A stretch of DNA of 64,000 bases from a virus (taxonomy: Duplodnaviria; Heunggongvirae; Uroviricota; Caudoviricetes; Crassvirales): the IMG/VR virus record IMGVR_UViG_3300046331_000154; one strand, given 5' to 3'. Of the stretch, positions 59,720 through 64,000 are shown in pieces (position 1 is the first letter of the stretch; every line of letters begins with the position of its first letter). The position numbers and the translations under genes were made by a program. The notes under the pieces are model-generated. The model ran no database searches and was not told where the DNA came from. It saw nothing but the letters and a program-made list of their open reading frames with translations.

Positions 59720-60174
59720 GGGGTGACTGGTATTGATCAGTGCATAATAAGTATATAATTCAGCAGAAGTAGGTGAAAGATAGTTAAATCTATCAAATTG
59801 AAATGACAAAAATCAAATCGTTACCAATATGCAAGTAGTTCATAACATCTTAAATGGTGGAATTGGAGTTAAAACAGAAATGTTGATTGCTGCATAATTA
59901 AATGATGAAAAAAGCATCGTAGTAGTCACAATTAAAATTACATCAGGATGCTTGAAAGACCCGAAACAACGTAACTATGTAAGGTATCGCCCTGTAGTAA
60001 AGCCTCTTGTAGTGAAGCTGTAATGTAATTTTAACTCATATTAAGAGTATAAAAAGTACAGTCCACATTTAGTATTATTTAAGGGACATTAAAGATTAAA
60101 ATATACAAAAAGCTGTATAAAATTATATATTAAAAGTAAATGAGAAAGGAGTTCGACTCTCCTCACCTCCACTA
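59720..60174 (+). ncRNA. ssrA: candidate tmRNA (transfer-messenger RNA)
   Basis: The 5' GGGGGUG (59720-59726) can pair with the 3' CACCUCC (60164-70), giving a 7-bp acceptor stem with a G3:U70 wobble and discriminator A. A T-arm AGGAG-UUCGACU-CUCCU lies immediately 5' of the acceptor strand. The 5' segment UAUAUAAUUCAGC (59762-74) is complementary to GCUG and AAUUAUAUA (60105-31), as a P2 helix would be. An internal frame ...GGA AUU GGA GUU AAA ACA GAA AUG UUG AUU GCU GCA UAA (59858-99) ends in LIAA-stop like a proteolysis tag. CCA is not encoded. Confidence 0.45.
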
Positions 60175-60177
60175 AAG

Positions 60178-60221
60178 CATAAATAGTTCCTATTAACAAA
60201 CGGTGTGTATTACTATTCGCT
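60178..60221 (+). repeat. 44-bp direct repeat, copy A (cataaatagttcctattaacaaacggtgtgtattactattcgct)
   Basis: Matches 60432-60475 at 41/44 positions. It begins 4 nt after the candidate tmRNA 3' end. Confidence 0.8.
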
Positions 60222-60293
60222 TTAACAAATGACATAAAAACTTCCTAATCTAAAATTTCTAATTTAATTAGTTTTCGTCATTTATTTCAACCT

Positions 60294-60321
60294 TAAATAG
60301 TATTTCCTATTTAAACAAATC
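60294..60321 (+). repeat. degenerate third copy of the repeat core (taaatagtatttcctatttaaacaaatc)
   Basis: Shares the aaatag-TTCCTATT-aacaaa core with copies A and B. Confidence 0.45.
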
Positions 60322-60431
60322 AATTTAAAAAGTATAAAATATTTATTTTATAAATTATCATTATTAGCATTTATTAATACTCGCTAGATAATAAAGGTAT
60401 TAAATATTTATATTTTGCTTAAACTTAAATC

Positions 60432-60475
60432 TTAATTATGACATAAATAGTTCCTATTAACAAACAATGTGTATT
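60432..60475 (+). repeat. 44-bp direct repeat, copy B (cataaatagttcctattaacaaacaatgtgtattactattcgtt); candidate promoter of the 573-aa gene
   Basis: It ends 51 bp upstream of the ATG at 60527. An upstream TGACA resembles the TGACA...TTCCTAAT motifs at 53298, 54490 and 60236. Confidence 0.8.
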
Positions 60476-60526
60476 ACTATTCGTTATAATTAAGATTTTT
60501 TATTATTTAACTAAAAACAAAATCAT

Positions 60527-62248
60527 ATGTCCACAATTAAATTATTTAACAAAGCTATTCAAGGAAATGAAATATCATTTTCAGAATTAAATAAAATTGC
60601 AACACCATTAGGATATTTAATACATCCTGATTGTTGTACAAATCAAGTTCTTGAATTTTTAAAAGAACAGCCTAAAAACTATAATGCAACATTTTATAGT
60701 TCTTGGAATGATATAATATCTAAAAATAAATTTGAATTATATTTAGATCAAATTAGACATTATTCATCAACTTACGGTACAGATTTTCAAGATACACCTT
60801 GGATACCAAATAATAATATTGAAATAATATCATTTAAAGATTTAAAAATAATATTACCTATTACAATTGAAGAACTAAATGATAAATGTTGTCAAATGTT
60901 ATATTCGGGTATTGCATTAAATCAAGATACATTAAATATTTTAATTGAAAATATTACAAATATTGATATTTCTAAAATTAAAAATAAAGAATCTTTAATG
61001 TATTTTTGTAAAGCTAAAAATGAATTACCTTTAAATAATGTTGAATTTGTTAGATATTTAATATATTTAGCAACAAATAAAACATTGTTAATTAAAGATA
61101 AATCTACAATTGATAGTTTAAAATTATCAAACTTAAAAATATCAGAAATGATAAATAAATTTGGTATTAAATCATTATCTGAAATATTCTTTAGATTTAA
61201 ACCTATATTTTTAGCATTAAAAAAAGGTAATGAATCTACTATTAACTCTTTACGTAAATTAGCTAATACTAATCACAAACCTATGAAATTAGGATTTTTT
61301 GAAGAAATATTATCTAATCTAGATCTTATTCAATACTTACCAGAAAAATTAAAAGAATGTAATAATTTTAAAAAAATACAATTATTACAAACAATATCTA
61401 TTCGTCGTAAAAAATTAGATTTAAAATTTTTTGGAATAAGAAATGGTAAACTATTTGTCAAAGAAGAAAAATCTAAATATCTTCAGCAATACAGTATAAT
61501 ATATGATATTGTTTATAAGTCATTAATTGAATCTTTAAAATCTAAAGCTACTTCAATTAAAATACCTAATAATATCGATATTACACTACCTATTAGTGAA
61601 AAATCATTTATTGGTAATTATCCATTAGGTACATCTTTTGATTTATCAAATAAAGATGCTATTGTAGGTATTCATTGGGATAATAATAGTGGTGCAAATG
61701 ATTTAGATTTGAGTTTAACAGATTTATCTGGTTATAAAATAGGATGGAATAGTGATTATAAAAATGATAACAATTCTATCATATATTCTGGTGATGTGAC
61801 ATCACCTCAACCAGAAGCAGTTGAATTAATGTATGCTTCAAATGGATTTGAACCATCTATTGTAAAAGTTAATTTATATTCAGGAAATAATAATTCTAAA
61901 TTTAAATTATTTTTAGCTACAGAATTTATAACAAATATGAAAAAAAATTATATGGTCAATCCAAATAATATTCAATTTTCAATTGATTGTGTTATGGATA
62001 GTAAAGAAAAATCTGTTGCTATAATTACAGAAAATAAATTAATTCTTGCACAATTTCGTACAGGAAATAAAATTGTAGCTGGTGATTCTATTACTAACAA
62101 ATATATTGAATATTCTTTAAATATTCAAGATTGTTATTTAAATTTAAAAACTGTTTTAACAGATGCTGGATTTACAATTAACAAAGGTAATGAATTAATA
62201 GATTTAACAAATTTATCTAAAGATACATTAATAAATTTGTTAAATTAA
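60527..62248 (+). CDS. hypothetical protein (573 aa)
   Basis: A long ORF with no recognisable NTPase, integrase or reverse-transcriptase motifs. Confidence 0.5.
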   Translation: MSTIKLFNKAIQGNEISFSELNKIATPLGYLIHPDCCTNQVLEFLKEQPKNYNATFYSSWNDIISKNKFELYLDQIRHYSSTYGTDFQDTPWIPNNNIEIISFKDLKIILPITIEELNDKCCQMLYSGIALNQDTLNILIENITNIDISKIKNKESLMYFCKAKNELPLNNVEFVRYLIYLATNKTLLIKDKSTIDSLKLSNLKISEMINKFGIKSLSEIFFRFKPIFLALKKGNESTINSLRKLANTNHKPMKLGFFEEILSNLDLIQYLPEKLKECNNFKKIQLLQTISIRRKKLDLKFFGIRNGKLFVKEEKSKYLQQYSIIYDIVYKSLIESLKSKATSIKIPNNIDITLPISEKSFIGNYPLGTSFDLSNKDAIVGIHWDNNSGANDLDLSLTDLSGYKIGWNSDYKNDNNSIIYSGDVTSPQPEAVELMYASNGFEPSIVKVNLYSGNNNSKFKLFLATEFITNMKKNYMVNPNNIQFSIDCVMDSKEKSVAIITENKLILAQFRTGNKIVAGDSITNKYIEYSLNIQDCYLNLKTVLTDAGFTINKGNELIDLTNLSKDTLINLLN

Positions 62249-62453
62249 TTTCAAAATAAACAGTCCGTGTAAACTGTGGTTAAATAACATTTAGTGCAAA
62301 TGTCTAGCACCCCATCCGTGTGGATAACAATTATAAGCAGCAATAGCATAAGATTTAAAACTTATAATTGGGGAAATGTAGATTGACAACCTACAGTGTT
62401 ATTTTATATTATTACATATAATAAAAACAAATTATAATTTTAAATTAATAAAT

Positions 62454-62609
62454 ATGACAATAACTAAAAACTGTACATGTAAACACGATTATCAAGACAA
62501 AGAATACGGTAAACAACAGCGTATTTTTAATTTATCAGAAGATGGTAAAAAAGCAAAATGTACTGTTTGTGATAATAGTATAAATGTAGGAACAACAACT
62601 AAAAAATAA
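62454..62609 (+). CDS. small zinc-ribbon protein (51 aa)
   Basis: ATG at 62454 to TAA at 62607. It encodes MTITKNCTCKHDYQDKEYGKQQRIFNLSEDGKKAKCTVCDNSINVGTTTKK, with CxC...CxxC. Not in the ORF track because it is shorter than 60 aa. Confidence 0.4.
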   Translation: MTITKNCTCKHDYQDKEYGKQQRIFNLSEDGKKAKCTVCDNSINVGTTTKK

Positions 62610-62627
62610 CAATTAATTATTAAAACT

Positions 62628-62876
62628 ATGGGATTACTCGTATTATTGGGTTTGACAAAAAAAACCTCTGTTGAATTTAATCAACAAAAATCAAAAGTAT
62701 TTAATATATTTTTAGAAACTCGTGATAAACTTGTAAAGTTAATTACAGAGCAACAAATTTATGTTGATGAGCAAGTAGAAATTAAAGTAAAAGCTCAAAA
62801 AGAAATAGATTTAACAAAAGAATCTATGAGATCTAGTGATGAAATGATTTTAAAACTTGAAAACTTTATAAACTAA
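62628..62876 (+). CDS. hypothetical protein (82 aa)
   Basis: ORF. Confidence 0.4.
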   Translation: MGLLVLLGLTKKTSVEFNQQKSKVFNIFLETRDKLVKLITEQQIYVDEQVEIKVKAQKEIDLTKESMRSSDEMILKLENFIN

Positions 62877-62879
62877 ATT

Positions 62880-63146
62880 ATGATATATTTATATATAATA
62901 TTGTGGTTGATATTTGGAATATTGGGAACAATGAACATTTACTATTCTTCTTTAAAAAGTTGGTATTTAACTTTTAATGAAGATTATAGACTTTGGAACA
63001 ATGGTTCGGGAGTAATAAATAAGATTGGTTTTTACGCAATACTATTTATTCCTGGTGGGTTATTATCGTTTTTAATTATTATGTGTATGATTCTTATACT
63101 AGAAGGCACTAAATCTTTTACTTATTATTTTAAAATTCCAAACTAA
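62880..63146 (+). CDS. small membrane protein (88 aa)
   Basis: Two transmembrane helices (IYLYIILWLIFGILGT and FYAILFIPGGLLSFLIIMCMILIL). Confidence 0.4.
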   Translation: MIYLYIILWLIFGILGTMNIYYSSLKSWYLTFNEDYRLWNNGSGVINKIGFYAILFIPGGLLSFLIIMCMILILEGTKSFTYYFKIPN

Positions 63147-63367
63147 TGAACAAATCACTAACTGCAATTGAAAGACTTGAAATTGTAAAAAACAACGACT
63201 CAGGTATTATTACATATCATTTTGAAGATGGTGGTAAACAACGACAACCCATAAATAAAAAAATATTTATGGATGATAAGGGGAAACATTTATCCTTAGA
63301 AAAAGTAGCTATTAAAATTAATGAAATAGCTCATGATCTCGGTGCTAAATATTATATTATAAACTAA
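63146..63367 (+). CDS. hypothetical protein (73 aa)
   Basis: ORF with overlapping stop/start (TAATG) on both sides. Confidence 0.4.
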   Translation: MNKSLTAIERLEIVKNNDSGIITYHFEDGGKQRQPINKKIFMDDKGKHLSLEKVAIKINEIAHDLGAKYYIIN

Positions 63368-63549
63368 TGAAATATTTATTAACCATATTGTGTTTCTTCA
63401 TAAGTATTATTATATTTATGAAATCACTATCTTTATTAAATAAAGGTAGTCTTATATTACCAATATTAGGTATATCAATTATATATTTAATATTTTATAC
63501 AATTATTAAAACAAAATTATTTACAAAACTTAAATTTAAAAAAAATTAA
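63367..63549 (+). CDS. small membrane protein (60 aa)
   Basis: Two hydrophobic helices. Confidence 0.35.
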   Translation: MKYLLTILCFFISIIIFMKSLSLLNKGSLILPILGISIIYLIFYTIIKTKLFTKLKFKKN

Positions 63550-63554
63550 AACAA

Positions 63555-64000
63555 TGAAAAAATTATTAGGGTTATTCGCAATTACATTATTATTAGTATT
63601 ATCATCTTGCACAACAGCAGATTCATCAGAAGTAGCATTAGTCGTCGATCAAATTGGAAATGATAAAGGTATTCCAAACATTGAAATGAAATCAGGATTT
63701 ATATTTTATTTTCCTCCAACACAAGATGTTTATATGTATCCAACATCAGTACAACATAAAGTGTGGACTGCAGCATTAGATGAAGATAGTCCAACAGATG
63801 AACATATTGATGTAACTTCTGCTGATGGTGCAACATTTGGACTTGACGTAGCAATTAATTTACAATTAGAACGTTCTGCGGCACCTTCACTATTTACAAA
63901 ATATCGTGTTGAAATGAATGAATTAATAAACACAAGAGTTCGTAATATTGTGAGAAAAGAATTATTAGATAATGCTGTAGGATTTGCATCAGATAGTTTG
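63555..64000 (+). CDS. SPFH/band-7-like lipoprotein, 3'-truncated at the window edge
   Basis: Signal peptide with lipobox MKKLLGLFAITLLLVLSSC. This is followed by ALVVDQIGNDKGI...MKSGFIFYFPPTQDVYMYPTSVQ...TSADGATFGLDVAINLQLERS..., which resembles the SPFH (stomatin/HflK/C) fold signature. The minus-strand ORF 63730-63933 is an antisense artefact. Confidence 0.45.

Noticed and set aside
60097-60174. Ordinary tRNA gene ending at 60171
   Set aside because: The T-arm and the 3' acceptor strand are present. However, no D-arm, no anticodon arm and no matching 5' acceptor strand lie within 80 nt upstream. The complementary 5' strand is about 450 nt away, which points to a tmRNA or a 3' remnant rather than a tRNA.
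59720-60526. Prophage integration into a host ssrA (tmRNA 3' end plus flanking direct repeats as attL/attR)
   Set aside because: No integrase or excisionase is present anywhere in the window. Composition and gene style are uniform on both sides. The tmRNA-like gene appears complete rather than a displaced 3' fragment adjoining phage DNA. The tag is unlike host-type tags. This reading is kept as an alternative under the repeat finding but is not favoured.

Overview
This is an AT-rich window (about 30% GC by eye) from a tailed double-stranded DNA phage whose gene content and order resemble a crAss-like podovirus of the kind that infects Bacteroidota and Flavobacteriia. I could not run homology searches; all calls rest on motifs read directly from the supplied translations plus gene order and size.

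Minus strand, about 0.5-53 kb: one long late/structural operon. From upstream to downstream it carries about ten small genes, several Cys-rich; a terminase large subunit interrupted by an intein with a LAGLIDADG endonuclease; the portal; an extremely acidic scaffold-like protein; a 506-aa major capsid protein; head and tail structural proteins, two followed by strong terminators; and two tail-fibre genes, one holding a 4 x 45-bp in-frame tandem repeat. The operon continues through a lysis cassette (holin-like protein, CHAP endolysin, a secreted CAP/YkwD-like protein); a stand-alone DEDDy 3'-5' exonuclease; a GIY-YIG/NUMOD3/AP2 homing endonuclease; a T5orf172 nuclease-like gene; large tail proteins; and a block of three giant genes. 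The central giant gene (2524 aa) carries a DFDVD aspartate-triad motif and is the candidate virion-packaged RNA polymerase.

Plus strand, about 54.6-64 kb: small, probably early or accessory genes with clear terminators. They include a signal-peptide beta-barrel protein, a frameshifted gene pair, a 573-aa unknown, a 51-aa zinc ribbon, small membrane proteins and a 3'-truncated SPFH lipoprotein.

Switch region, 53.25-56.9 kb and 59.6-60.5 kb: unusually ORF-poor. It contains GC-elevated non-coding islands and a recurring TGACA...TTCCTAAT motif. It also holds a roughly 455-nt candidate tmRNA, with a GGGGGUG/CACCUCC acceptor stem carrying a G3:U70 pair, a T-arm, a P2-like long helix and a tag-like reading frame ending in ...LIAA*. 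This is followed immediately by 44-bp direct repeats, which could be iterons or promoters.

No integrase, CRISPR array or reverse transcriptase was seen.
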